Both the position numbers and the translations under genes were made by a program. Below are positions 41,967-54,664 of a DNA stretch of 64,000 nucleotides, in pieces. The first letter of the stretch is position 1. Each line of letters begins with the position of its first letter. The notes under the pieces are model-generated. The model was not told the origin of the DNA. It searched no databases and saw nothing but the letters and a program-made list of their open reading frames with translations. Source of the DNA: Thermodesulfobacteriota bacterium (lineage in GTDB: Bacteria > Desulfobacterota_D > UBA1144 > Nemesobacterales > JAJCZQ01); NCBI GenBank assembly GCA_965203965.1, contig CBDBDR010000017.1, positions 832,001-896,000 of the forward strand, in the 5' to 3' direction.

Positions 41967-42698
41967 CTAGTGTGTAACAAAATGTGCTCTTCTGTTTTGA
42001 CTGTAAGCATAATCCGATGTACCTGAAGACCACTTTTCAGTCTCACCCTTACTTATTGCCTTGATCATCTCTGGAGAAACGCCCTTTCCTATCAGATAAT
42101 GCATAACTGAGTCTGCCCTGCGTTGTCCGAGAGCCAGATTATACTCTTCCGTTCCTCTAACGTCAGCATAACCCTCTATTACTATAATCGCCGATCCGCC
42201 GCAAACATCACAAACATGATCGTCTGATTTTTTCATTTTTTTCATAATGTATTTTGCATTTTTATCAAGCAATTTTTTTGAATGAGATGTTATTTTTGCA
42301 CTGTCATAATCAAACAATATACCTTTAAGACGGGCTGAAGACTTAAGTTCATGCGAACCCATCATTTCAACTTCCTTTTGCATCTCGTCTTCAGTTTTGC
42401 CTTCCATAAACTGCTCGCTAGCCATCTTTCCCTGTCCCTCAATAGCCTTGAACTTTGCTTCTTCGAGCAAACCCAATGCTTCGGTCTCCTTGCCTTCTCT
42501 CATAAGGAGCTTAGCTCTTGCAATTAAATCTACTGCTTCATCGTATGCGGGTGCATTTTTAACACCTGCTTCCTGTGTTGATTTTAAAACGGACTCTGTG
42601 TCCATTAGCTGCTTGGTAAACTTGGACACGCAACCAGCAGTAAGCCCCCCCGTTATTAACAAAACAAGAACAAAAACCTGAAATCTGACTTTACTCAT
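41967..42698 (-). CDS. pal: Pal/OmpA-family peptidoglycan-associated lipoprotein with helical N-domain and a CxxC insertion
   Basis: Lipobox LTAG-C, ILFDYDS, IEGYADVRGTEEYNLALGQRRA, SKGE, NRRA. Confidence 0.88.
   Translation of the reverse strand: MSKVRFQVFVLVLLITGGLTAGCVSKFTKQLMDTESVLKSTQEAGVKNAPAYDEAVDLIARAKLLMREGKETEALGLLEEAKFKAIEGQGKMASEQFMEGKTEDEMQKEVEMMGSHELKSSARLKGILFDYDSAKITSHSKKLLDKNAKYIMKKMKKSDDHVCDVCGGSAIIVIEGYADVRGTEEYNLALGQRRADSVMHYLIGKGVSPEMIKAISKGETEKWSSGTSDYAYSQNRRAHFVTH
42199..42218. repeat. Left arm of 20-bp perfect inverted repeat (inside pal)
   Basis: CCGCAAACATCACAAACATG is the exact reverse complement of 43097-43116. Confidence 0.92.
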
Positions 42699-42754
42699 AA
42701 CTTGTCACCTCCTAAAATCTTGCTGGTCATTATACCATAATTAGTTAAAAGAGT

Positions 42755-43099
42755 CTAAAATATTTGCAGGATGACTGAAGCCAAACTGCCAAGCACTCCA
42801 CCTCGCTGCCCTAAACCCCCGCTTAACCTTGTAAAAATACCCTGAGTGAAGTTTTGAGACAGCAGTTGCGTGGCACTATTTGCGATAGCTCTGAGGGTGC
42901 TTTTTGTAATGTCTCCCAAATTCTTAAAATTGCCCGTAATGACATTAAAAAATAAGTCCGAGAATGTGTCGCGAATCCAAGACATCGTATAACTGCCCCA
43001 TTGCGTCACCAATTTGTTCTGACGTTTGAGATAGCTCCTCAAAGCTCCCTTTAACCCCGTCCTCCTCTTTTTTCTGGTATAATGCCCATTATGGAACAT
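42755..43099 (-). pseudogene. Probable fragment of a phage tail tape-measure-like gene
   Basis: Amphipathic TFSDLFFNVITGNFKNLGDITKS...GGVLGSL resembles tape-measure C-terminal regions; no convincing start. Confidence 0.45.
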
Positions 43100-43330
43100 G
43101 TTTGTGATGTTTGCGGAGTTGACAAAAGAGAGGTTGAGCCATGCTGGGACGATATGTCCTGTTCTGGTTGCGGAAGATACAAATCCTTCTGCGAGAGACT
43201 GGGAGAAGGAGAGTGTATTACCGATGACATCTTTGACCTTGTCATCATGTCTCCTCTCTTGCTGATCGGTGGCTTTCTTGTTCTTTGCTTCATTCTTGCC
43301 ATTCTCGGAGCCCTCTTTGGTTGGTCTTGA
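43091..43330 (+). CDS. Small Cys-rich membrane protein
   Basis: CDVC...CSGC plus C-terminal TM helix; TGGTATAAT ends 7 nt before the ATG (leaderless-like); hairpin plus T-run at about 43337-43368. Confidence 0.6.
   Translation: MEHVCDVCGVDKREVEPCWDDMSCSGCGRYKSFCERLGEGECITDDIFDLVIMSPLLLIGGFLVLCFILAILGALFGWS
43097..43116. repeat. Right arm of 20-bp perfect inverted repeat
   Basis: CATGTTTGTGATGTTTGCGG encodes HVCDVCG, as the left arm does in pal. Confidence 0.92.
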
Positions 43331-43746
43331 TACATTCCGACATTTATGAGCACTACGTCGGGTTTTTTGGCGGAATTATTGACGCTTTAAATGGGGATTA
43401 AACGGGATTTAAACGGTGTTTAACAAGCGATTATTTTTCCACTTACAAAAAATGACCGAAAACAGAGATAGTGTTGACTGCCAACGAGTTCCTAACCCCC
43501 CTTTAACATTGACTTTTTTTCTTTAAAATGTCCATAAATTCAGAGGTCAGCGATAATAAGTATCAAAAACTACAAATATTAAAAAGAGTAATGATTACAG
43601 GAGTTATGACAGAAAAAAGGTAAAATTTAAGCAATTTACTTAAATATAGCGAAAAACAGTTGATTTGACGGATAAAAAAGACAAAAAACTTTTCCAACTC
43701 AACACCCCGAGTAGCCTCGCAACGTCATATAAGAATCGGGTCTGGG

Positions 43747-45459
43747 TCACTCAATATGAGCAGATTTTTGCCTGTCCCACGTATCACTCGTAATTCCCTG
43801 CTCTCTCAATTTGTTCTTTTGAGTTCTCTGTGTCCCAGTTTTGGGAAAGGATTTTACAAACCTGACATACCTTGGGATCATAAAAGCAGGCATATTGGGT
43901 TCCAGAAATTTTACTAATTGATCCGGGTCTATCTTTACTCCCTCTTTAGAAATAATCAATATCATTATTTCGTTTTCCGCATATTTACCTTCTTCCGACT
44001 TAATCCCTATTGCTGCCGACTCCTCTACATCCGGGTGGGAGTTAACTATCTTTTCTACCTCAAAAGAACTTACATTCTCTCCTCTTCTCCTTATGTAATC
44101 TTTCACACGATCAACAAAATATATATATCCGTCTTCATCCATTTTACCGGCGTCTCCAGTGTGAAACCAGAAATTCCTGAAATCCTGCACCGTCTTTTCG
44201 GGCATTTTGTGGTAATAGTGGAGCATTATGTTGGGGATTCTTGGTCTTACCACTATCTCACCTATATCGCCTCTTGAAACCTCAATATCCGTTTGGGGGT
44301 CAACGATCTTTATTTCGTAATTTGGAGCTTCTTTTCCACATGATCCTACCCTGAACGGCTCACCCGGTCGCATCCAGGTGCACTGCCCGATTTCCGTCAA
44401 ACCATAGCCTTCCATAATTCGGATATTAAACCTATGCATAAACTCCTCTACAATATCATGTGGAGCCGGCGAACCTAAAACTAACTTTACCTTGTGCTGT
44501 GTCTCTTCTAAAACGGGTGGAGTGTTCCAGACAAAGTAGCATATAGTCCCGACTATATTAAACTTTGTCACCTCATGGTCTTTCATCCACTTCCAGAAGT
44601 TGCGGGCACTGTATTTTTCTTCCACAACTGCCTTGGCACCCCTTATGAGCGCCGGATAAACGGTCATTACCATTGCGTTTGAATGAAAAAGTGGCAGACA
44701 GGTAAAGCAAACATCGTTTGGACCCACATCCATAATTTCAACGTAGTTTCTTGCACTACTGTAATCCGCTGCTGAAGGTCTCATAACACCTTTTGATCTT
44801 CCAGTAGTCCCCGACGTATACATAAGCCTCGCATAATCCATGAAAGTAACTTCAATTCTCGGATCCTTTGAACTTTGCCCGTTTATAAAATCCGTGTAAG
44901 AGATCATATTTTTAAATTTAAATCCATGCCTTTTAAATTTAGGCTTTCCATCCTTCGTCCAAACAATAATGTGTTTAACTTGTGGAATTTTGTCCGCTAT
45001 CGGTGGCATCCTGTCAAGATATTGTTCGGCAATAAAAAGAACTTTTGCATCCGAGTTGTCAATAACATATTGAAGGAAGTCCATCACGTATGCCGTATTG
45101 ATCGGCACCATGACCGCCCCCATTTTCAGTATGCCAAACCATGTAATGACGTAGTCATCAGAGTTTGGCATATATACTGCAACCTTTTCCTGCTTTTCTA
45201 TACCGAGACTGACCAAACCGTTTGCGATCTTGTTAGCAAGTTGGTTTGTCTTGTGGAAGCTAATGGGGTTTTTATACCCGAACTGTAGAAAGGGTTTCTT
45301 GCCAAACTCTCTTGCTTGATCTTTCAAAATGCGTGGAAGCACCCACTCTGCCATATCTTCTTTCAGATACCACTCAACGTCAAACTTGCCGTTTTCCCTC
45401 TTGTAACTGACCGTGTGCATTAGGTCTTTTGGTTTGGTCTTGGAAATCTTTTTTGCCAT
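43747..45459 (-). CDS. ATP-dependent acyl-CoA ligase (CaiC-like)
   Basis: MYTSGTTGRSKG, LPLFHSNA, EGYGLTE, WFHTGD, IRRRGENVSSFEVE. Confidence 0.92.
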   Translation of the reverse strand: MAKKISKTKPKDLMHTVSYKRENGKFDVEWYLKEDMAEWVLPRILKDQAREFGKKPFLQFGYKNPISFHKTNQLANKIANGLVSLGIEKQEKVAVYMPNSDDYVITWFGILKMGAVMVPINTAYVMDFLQYVIDNSDAKVLFIAEQYLDRMPPIADKIPQVKHIIVWTKDGKPKFKRHGFKFKNMISYTDFINGQSSKDPRIEVTFMDYARLMYTSGTTGRSKGVMRPSAADYSSARNYVEIMDVGPNDVCFTCLPLFHSNAMVMTVYPALIRGAKAVVEEKYSARNFWKWMKDHEVTKFNIVGTICYFVWNTPPVLEETQHKVKLVLGSPAPHDIVEEFMHRFNIRIMEGYGLTEIGQCTWMRPGEPFRVGSCGKEAPNYEIKIVDPQTDIEVSRGDIGEIVVRPRIPNIMLHYYHKMPEKTVQDFRNFWFHTGDAGKMDEDGYIYFVDRVKDYIRRRGENVSSFEVEKIVNSHPDVEESAAIGIKSEEGKYAENEIMILIISKEGVKIDPDQLVKFLEPNMPAFMIPRYVRFVKSFPKTGTQRTQKNKLREQGITSDTWDRQKSAHIE

Positions 45460-45549
45460 TTATAACTATTTTCCTATTATTTTACAAAGACGTTCAAGGA
45501 GAATATTACTCAAACATACTGAATGGGTAAACTATATTTTATCCCGTTA

Positions 45550-46767
45550 TCAACTTCTCGGATCAAATATCTCCCTCGCTATAAGCATCTTATGAATTTC
45601 ATTTGATCCCTCATATATCTCACCAACCTTTGAATCTCTGTATATCTCTTCAACCTTGTAGTTGGATCTGTCATGTCCCAGTTCAACCATTAAACCCAGC
45701 CCTCCGAATATTTGCACGGCATCCCTCGCCATGTCAACTGATACTTTTGACCCGTAAAATTTTGCACCAGACGATTCCAATACCGGGAATTTATTTCCCC
45801 TGTCAATTGAGAGAGCGCTCTTTACGTATAGATTTCTGGCGTTCTCTATCTCTATTGCTCTCTCTGCCATCAAAAACTGCCAGTGCTGAAATTGACTTAT
45901 CTTTTTTCCGAAAGCTCTTCTCTTATCCATAAACCCTACACACTCATCAAAAGCTGACTGTGCCATTCCAACACCACTTGCTCCGATACCGGTTCTCCCA
46001 TACATTAAGGCACCCACGCAAACCTTCAAGCCATCTCCTTCCCTGCCAATCAGGTTTTCCTCGGGAACTTCAACGTTATTAAAATATATATCGTAGGTCA
46101 ACTCACCTCTGTTACCCAGTTTTTTGTCTGGCTCACTCACGCTACATCCCTCAGAATTCAAGTCAATAACCAACATGCACGGTCTGCCACCAATGTTGAC
46201 TAGGGTTGAGACGTAATCTGCAACCCCTGCGTTTGTTATATATCTCTTCTGACCACTTATCACATATTTCTTTCCTCTCTTAATCCCTTTGGTTATCAAT
46301 GAGTCTGTCCTCACATCGGAACCTGATTGAGGTTCGGTCATTGCAAATGCCCCAATTGAGCTACACTCCAGGATCGGCTTCAGATATTTCGTCCTAATAT
46401 ATTCAGAGCCGAAACTGAGGCTTTTTCCTGCGAGCAGAAAATGTGCATTCACGGATCCCGCAAAACTGGCGCTCACGTAAGCCAACTCCTCAGTAAGAGA
46501 TACCGAGGCACAAGCGGGATACTTTAATCCCAGCCCCCCATCTGACTTTCCGAACGGAACTCTGAAAAGACCTTTCTCTGCCATTGATCTGAAAAGCTCC
46601 CAAGGGAAATTAGCGTTATCTTCGACTTTCTGTCCTATCTGATATGCTTGTGGTAACAACTCATCTTCAGCAAACCGCCTGTATTTTTCACGTAACTCTA
46701 ACGTTTCATCGGGAATAAGCTGATCATTATAAAGTTTATTTTGCATCCTTGGAGGTAATTTTCTCAT
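45550..46767 (-). CDS. Acyl-CoA dehydrogenase
   Basis: AFAMTEPQSGSD, GQKRYITN, R.AFGK.I..FQ, AVQIFGG.G, YRDSK..EIYEGSNEI. Confidence 0.95.
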   Translation of the reverse strand: MRKLPPRMQNKLYNDQLIPDETLELREKYRRFAEDELLPQAYQIGQKVEDNANFPWELFRSMAEKGLFRVPFGKSDGGLGLKYPACASVSLTEELAYVSASFAGSVNAHFLLAGKSLSFGSEYIRTKYLKPILECSSIGAFAMTEPQSGSDVRTDSLITKGIKRGKKYVISGQKRYITNAGVADYVSTLVNIGGRPCMLVIDLNSEGCSVSEPDKKLGNRGELTYDIYFNNVEVPEENLIGREGDGLKVCVGALMYGRTGIGASGVGMAQSAFDECVGFMDKRRAFGKKISQFQHWQFLMAERAIEIENARNLYVKSALSIDRGNKFPVLESSGAKFYGSKVSVDMARDAVQIFGGLGLMVELGHDRSNYKVEEIYRDSKVGEIYEGSNEIHKMLIAREIFDPRS

Positions 46768-46863
46768 TTGGTTTCTCCTTTTTCCGACTTTTACATGTCT
46801 TAAAAGATTTGATTACACACATATTTTACGGCTAATATTAGAACAAACAACCAATATGATATT

Positions 46864-47868
46864 ATGCCAAAATTAGCGTTTGTTCTTCCAAATTGGGCAA
46901 CGATCAACAAAGAGGGGATTATTTTCTACTCACATCTTGCTGAGGAACTTGGTTACGATTCCATCTGGGTTCCCGAGACTTGGGGCAATGATGCTTTTAC
47001 CCTGCTGACTACCATTGCTCACAACACAAAGACCTTGAAATTTGGAACAGGAATCACATCGATTTACAGCAGAAGTCCCGCTATAATGGCACAGACTATA
47101 TCAACCATTGATTCCATATCGGGTGGTAGAGCTATTTTAGGACTTGGTGCAAGCACGGGAATAGTGAATGAAAACTGGCATGGGATCAAACATGAAAAAC
47201 CCGTTCAAAGAACCAGAGAATACGTTGAGATCATAAGACTAATACTGAGCGGTAAACGCGTAAATTACAAAGGTGAAATATTCAATCTAAAAAACTTCAG
47301 TCTACAATCCGAACCTTTGAGGAGAAATATTCCTATCTATCTTGCTTCACTCGGATCCAGAAATTTGCAATTGACAGGAGAAATAGCTGATGGATGGCTG
47401 CCTTTCCTTTGTTCTGTCAGCCATTTAATAGAGCTGAAGAACGAGGTGGAAAAAGCATCCGTAACCGCAGGGCGGACTACAAATAATATTTCAATATGTC
47501 CTTATGTCCCTACGCTATTATCCGATGAAACGGGACAGGCTGATCATAAACTGAAAGAGTTCATATCATTTTACGTGGGAGCAATGGGACCTTTTTACAG
47601 CAGGCTGATAGCCAGCTACGGGTTTGAGGATGAAGCAAATAGCATCAGGGACGCATGGAGCAGAAAAGATACGGCAGGTGCTACTGAGAGTGTCAGCAAC
47701 AGGCTCTTGGATGCAGTATCTGTAAACGGCTCTCGCAAATATGCACTGGGCAAGTTGAGAGCATTTCGATCCGAAACCGATTGTCCTGTTCTAATATTCC
47801 CCTTCAAAGCCTCTCGTGAACAGGTAGTGGAAACACTAAAGAAACTTGCACCCAACGGTATGTATTGA
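46864..47868 (+). CDS. LLM-class (flavin/F420-dependent) oxidoreductase
   Basis: AEELGYDSIWVPE, RSPA..AQ, SGGRAILGLG, IPIYLA, GEIADGW. Confidence 0.9.
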   Translation: MPKLAFVLPNWATINKEGIIFYSHLAEELGYDSIWVPETWGNDAFTLLTTIAHNTKTLKFGTGITSIYSRSPAIMAQTISTIDSISGGRAILGLGASTGIVNENWHGIKHEKPVQRTREYVEIIRLILSGKRVNYKGEIFNLKNFSLQSEPLRRNIPIYLASLGSRNLQLTGEIADGWLPFLCSVSHLIELKNEVEKASVTAGRTTNNISICPYVPTLLSDETGQADHKLKEFISFYVGAMGPFYSRLIASYGFEDEANSIRDAWSRKDTAGATESVSNRLLDAVSVNGSRKYALGKLRAFRSETDCPVLIFPFKASREQVVETLKKLAPNGMY

Positions 47869-47870
47869 CT

Positions 47871-48614
47871 TTAATCCCCGTTTTGATCTGTTTTTTTACC
47901 GAACATAAGGGCAATGTATATACCGATCTCATAAAAAACAAGTAATGGTATCAGCATAAACATCATTGATATGGCGTCAGTTGTCGGGGTGATCAGTGCG
48001 GCGGCAACGGCACTAAGAAGCACGGCATACTTTCTCTGCTTTTTTAGCCAGTTGCTTGTAACAAGCCCCATTCTTGCGAGGATAAATACCAAAATGGGAG
48101 ACTCAAAAACCAGTCCGAAACCTATCATAAGAGAGAGCAGGAACGAAAGACTCTCTTTTATTGTGGGAAAAGCCTTTATATACTCGGTTGAATACTCTCC
48201 GAGCAAAAAGCCGAACCCTTTTGGAGCAACAACGTAATAGCAAAACATCGCACCACCAAGAAAAAACGCCGTGCCAAACAAGAGAAAAGGAAGCAATACT
48301 CTCTTTTCTCTCCTGTATAAAGCCGGGGAAATAAAGCTCCATAATTGATAAAGAATAACGGGAAAGGAAGCCGTAAATGCGGTAAAGATCGAGACTTTCA
48401 GATAAGTCATAAACCCCTCAGCAGGCTTTATAAATATCATTGAACTACCACTTGGCAGACTCTCTATCACGGGGATCATAAGGAAATTGAATATCTCTTT
48501 TGAAAAAAAGTAGGAGGGTATAAAAAATACAAAGACAGTTATAAGTACATAAAATATCCTTTTCCTGAGTTCTTGAACGTGACCCAGAAAGTTCATTGAT
48601 CCTTTCTCATCCAT
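47871..48614 (-). CDS. tatC: Twin-arginine translocase TatC
   Basis: M.FLGHVQELRKR, YQLWSFISPALY..E, GLVFE.P, AALITP.TD; start placed at MDEK. Confidence 0.95.
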   Translation of the reverse strand: MDEKGSMNFLGHVQELRKRIFYVLITVFVFFIPSYFFSKEIFNFLMIPVIESLPSGSSMIFIKPAEGFMTYLKVSIFTAFTASFPVILYQLWSFISPALYRREKRVLLPFLLFGTAFFLGGAMFCYYVVAPKGFGFLLGEYSTEYIKAFPTIKESLSFLLSLMIGFGLVFESPILVFILARMGLVTSNWLKKQRKYAVLLSAVAAALITPTTDAISMMFMLIPLLVFYEIGIYIALMFGKKTDQNGD

Positions 48615-48749
48615 GATTTTAAATCTTAACCAAACCGCAATTTTCAAACAATTTAACAGTTTGAACCATAACCGTCTTGTGATTGACAAAAACAGATGCT
48701 CAAATATATTTTACATCCTTACTATACCCACCATTTTTGGAGAAATAAT

Positions 48750-50338
48750 TTGAGAATACTAGCTACGGATGGACTTTCTGCGGAAGGGGAAAAGATTATC
48801 AGGTCAACAGAGGGAATTGATATTATCGTAAACAAGAGAACAGAGGTTGCAACACTGCTGAAAGAAGTAAAGAATTATCAGGGATTGATCATAAGGAGCG
48901 CAACAAAAGTTACAAAAGAAGTAATAGACGCTGCAGAGGGAAATCTGAAGGTAATAGGAAGGGCAGGCATCGGGGTAGATAACATTGACGTAGAAGCAGC
49001 TACAAGAAACGGCATAGTCGTTATGAACACTCCGGAGGCAAACGCAATCACAACGGCAGAGCATAGCCTTGCACTTCTTTTTTCACTTGCGAGGAATATA
49101 CCACAGGCACATCACTCCCTTGCCATAGGCAAGTGGGAAAGAAACAAATACAAGGGAGTTGAACTTTATGGAAAAACCATCGGTTTTATAGGTTTGGGCA
49201 AGATTGGGAAATTAGTTGCCGAACGTTCCATAGGAATAAAGATGAAAGCCATCGCTTATGACCCCTTTTTAACACGCGACGCCGTTGCAAAACTGGGGGT
49301 TGAACTTGTCTCATTTGACGAGCTACTTGAAAGATCAGACATAATAAGCATACACACACCCTTTACGAAGGAAACAAAAGATCTAATAAACTCAGAAACC
49401 ATCAGCAAAATGAAGCAAGGTGTCCTGTTGATCAACTGTGCGAGGGGAGGCATTGTCAATGAGGAAGATCTGGCAAAAGCCTTAAAGGAAGGCAGGATCG
49501 CAGGAGCCGGCATGGATGTTTACTCTAGCGAACCAATTGAAAGTGACAATCCTTTACTTAGTGTTGACGAAGACATAGTCCACACTCCCCACTTAGGCGC
49601 ATCAACCGAAGAAGCACAGAGAAAAGTCGGGGTTGCCATTGCTGAGCAAATTGTTGATTTTGCAACGAACGGAGTGGTAAGAAACGCGGTAAATATGCCT
49701 TCTTTAGACCTTGAACAGCTAAAATCTGCAAAGCCATATTTAAGTCTTGCCGAAAAGATCGGGAGCCTGCACGGACAAATATGCAAGGAAGCTGTCAAAT
49801 ATATAAGCATTGAATTTGCCGGAGAGGTCGCAAAACTGAACACTGAATCTCTTACCATCGCAGCTCTTAAAGGTTTTCTCACACCCATAATGGACATGGT
49901 GGTTACATACGTTAATGCCCCGATCATAGCTAAAGAGCGCAGTATTAAGGTTGTGGAATCAAAAACCGAAACCACAAATGAGTTCACAAACCTGATAAAG
50001 ATCACGGTAACAAGTTCAGATAAAACAACGGAAATATCCGGGACGATATTTGGAAAGGATGAACCAAGATTTGTTCGTCTTAATGGCATACCAATTGACG
50101 TAAAACCCCAGGGCTACCTGCTCTACAGTGAAAATTATGACAAGCCCGGGTTCATAGGTTCAATGACCTCCTTACTTGGAGAAAACGGAGTAAATATCGG
50201 ACTTATGCACCTTGGTAGGGAGAAGATCGGGGGAAGAGCCATTGTATTTACAAACGTTGATTCTCCCATATCGGAGGAGCTTATGAACAAAATAGGCGAA
50301 CTCCCATTTATGATCTCCTTAACACAGGTCAATTTTAA

Positions 50339-50342
<4 letters not shown>
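48750..50342 (+). CDS. serA: D-3-phosphoglycerate dehydrogenase
   Basis: IIRSATKVT, GRAGIGVDNID, GLGKIG, NCARGG, TPHLGASTEEAQ, ACT domain; TTG start with GGAG RBS. Confidence 0.96.
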
Positions 50343-52860
<2,518 letters not shown>

Positions 52861-52906
52861 CCCTTTTTTGTAGCTCTTTTTCCCCCAAACAGAACATAAG
52901 TAAAGT

Positions 52907-53875
52907 CTAAGTAAGTTTTTCATAAGCTTCAATTATTTCCCTCACCAGCGGATGCCTCACAACGTCATTCTTGTTAAAATATACAAGATCAATCCCTCTG
53001 AGATTAGACAGCAGGGATTCAGCTTCCATCAACCCTGAATTTTTGCCTTCTGGTAGATCAATCTGGGTTTTATCACCGGTTATAACTGTCTTTGAGCTGA
53101 AACCGAGCCTTGTTAAAAACATCTTCATCTGGTTTGAAGTAGTATTTTGAGCTTCATCAAGAATAACAAATGCATCGTTCAGTGTTCTTCCCCTCATAAA
53201 CGCGAGAGGGATGATCTCTATAGCGCCTTTTTCCACCAGATTTGTTACCTTTTCCATATCCATCATTTCATAAATAGCATCGAACAGAGGTGTCAGGTAT
53301 GGGTCAACTTTTTGAGAAAGATCACCCGGCAAAAAACCCAGCTTTTCACCAGCCTCAACGGCGGGTCTCGCAAGAACTATCCTGCTGACCTTTTTGTTCA
53401 GAAAAGCAGAAACGGCCATGGACACGGCAAGGTAGGTTTTGCCCGTTCCAGCGGGACCAATACCGAAAACAATGTCGTTCTTTCTTATTGCGTCAATATA
53501 GATCTTTTGATTAATGCTTTTGGGAGTTATCAGTTTCTTTCGTATGGAAACACAAACTGTGTCCAGAAATATCTCTTCCAGCGTGGTCTTTTCTTCTTTT
53601 AATATGCGGGATGCAAGTTCTATATCACACGGTTCAAGATTGTAGCCTTTTTCCACGAGTGCATGGAGCGATTCTATCAGCTTTCCCGTTTCTTCAACGC
53701 CATCGCGGGGACCTTTTAGGACAAATTGAGTTCCCCGTGAGTGGATCTTAACACCATAGACATTTTCTATCTCCTTTAAATTCCCGCTCAGTTTGCCGTA
53801 TAAATATTTCACAAAACCCGGATCATCAATTTCTATGTATTTGGTTGACTCATCGGTTTGCGGGAACTTCTCCAT
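52907..53875 (-). CDS. PhoH-family ATPase (YbeZ-like)
   Basis: GPAGTGKTYLA, RPAVEAGEKLGFLPG, FMRGRTL, DEAQN, DVVRHPLV. Confidence 0.95.
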   Translation of the reverse strand: MEKFPQTDESTKYIEIDDPGFVKYLYGKLSGNLKEIENVYGVKIHSRGTQFVLKGPRDGVEETGKLIESLHALVEKGYNLEPCDIELASRILKEEKTTLEEIFLDTVCVSIRKKLITPKSINQKIYIDAIRKNDIVFGIGPAGTGKTYLAVSMAVSAFLNKKVSRIVLARPAVEAGEKLGFLPGDLSQKVDPYLTPLFDAIYEMMDMEKVTNLVEKGAIEIIPLAFMRGRTLNDAFVILDEAQNTTSNQMKMFLTRLGFSSKTVITGDKTQIDLPEGKNSGLMEAESLLSNLRGIDLVYFNKNDVVRHPLVREIIEAYEKLT

Positions 53876-53980
53876 ACAAGTATGTAATTATAACCTCTGT
53901 TGAATATTTTTCATTTGATTGCCAATGTCACTCTATTATGTATCTTAACGATCTGTAAACTGGGCTTTAATGGAGGAGTA

Positions 53981-54400
53981 ATGGAGGAATACTGGGGAGC
54001 AACAAAGGAAAACATAATTGAGAAGTTGGGCAAGCCCCACGAAACAAAAAATAATGAGCATAGCGGACTTGAGGAATTGACTTACGTCTTTCCTCCTAAA
54101 GCGGACTTTCAACCTCAAAAGGAAGTAACCTACGGTTTTCACAATAACAGCCTCGTGATAATATCTACCGGCTATGATTTTAACGAAGGGCTTTTCAAGC
54201 AGTATGAGCTATACCATAAATCCCTTGAGGACAACTGGAACAAAAGGCTGGAAACCGAGCCCGTAAAGAACACGAAGGATGAAGAGGGAAATATAGTTAC
54301 GATATGGAAAGCTAATAATTCAGAGATAGTGCTGTTTTTTAACAACAACCCCGAGAGCCCTGATCTTGTGGTTATTCAGAATTACAAGCCGTCAGATTGA
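53981..54400 (+). CDS. Hypothetical protein
   Basis: ORF with GGAGGAG RBS before ATG 53981; no recognised family. Confidence 0.65.
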   Translation: MEEYWGATKENIIEKLGKPHETKNNEHSGLEELTYVFPPKADFQPQKEVTYGFHNNSLVIISTGYDFNEGLFKQYELYHKSLEDNWNKRLETEPVKNTKDEEGNIVTIWKANNSEIVLFFNNNPESPDLVVIQNYKPSD

Positions 54401-54446
54401 TAATTTAGCTTCAGATAACGTGTTGATTGTGTCCACGTTCAATCAT

Positions 54447-54520
<74 letters not shown>

Positions 54521-54597
54521 TTCTCAAAAGAACAGCCATTGCTGTTCCTTATTGCATTCTCTTCTGATCTACCTAACCCACAGATCTTTTTTCATAC

Positions 54598-54633
54598 AAA
54601 AAAAGAGGGTGGTTGAAATTCAACCACCCTCTT
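54598..54633 (-). terminator. Intrinsic terminator after the pilin gene
   Basis: AAGAGGGTGGTTG/CAACCACCCTCTT stem with a T-run on the minus strand. Confidence 0.85.
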
Positions 54634-54664
54634 CTAAAATACTAATACAATTTTCTATCAGGTT

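Larger units (their letters stand above)
42755..43704. mobile_element. Possible remnant of a transposable (Mu-like) prophage or other mobile element
   Basis: Tape-measure-like fragment, orphan ORF, about 400 bp non-coding with TTAAA(C/T)GG repeats, ending ...TTCCAACTCAACA (TGT.. on the minus strand); no transposase. Confidence 0.35.
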
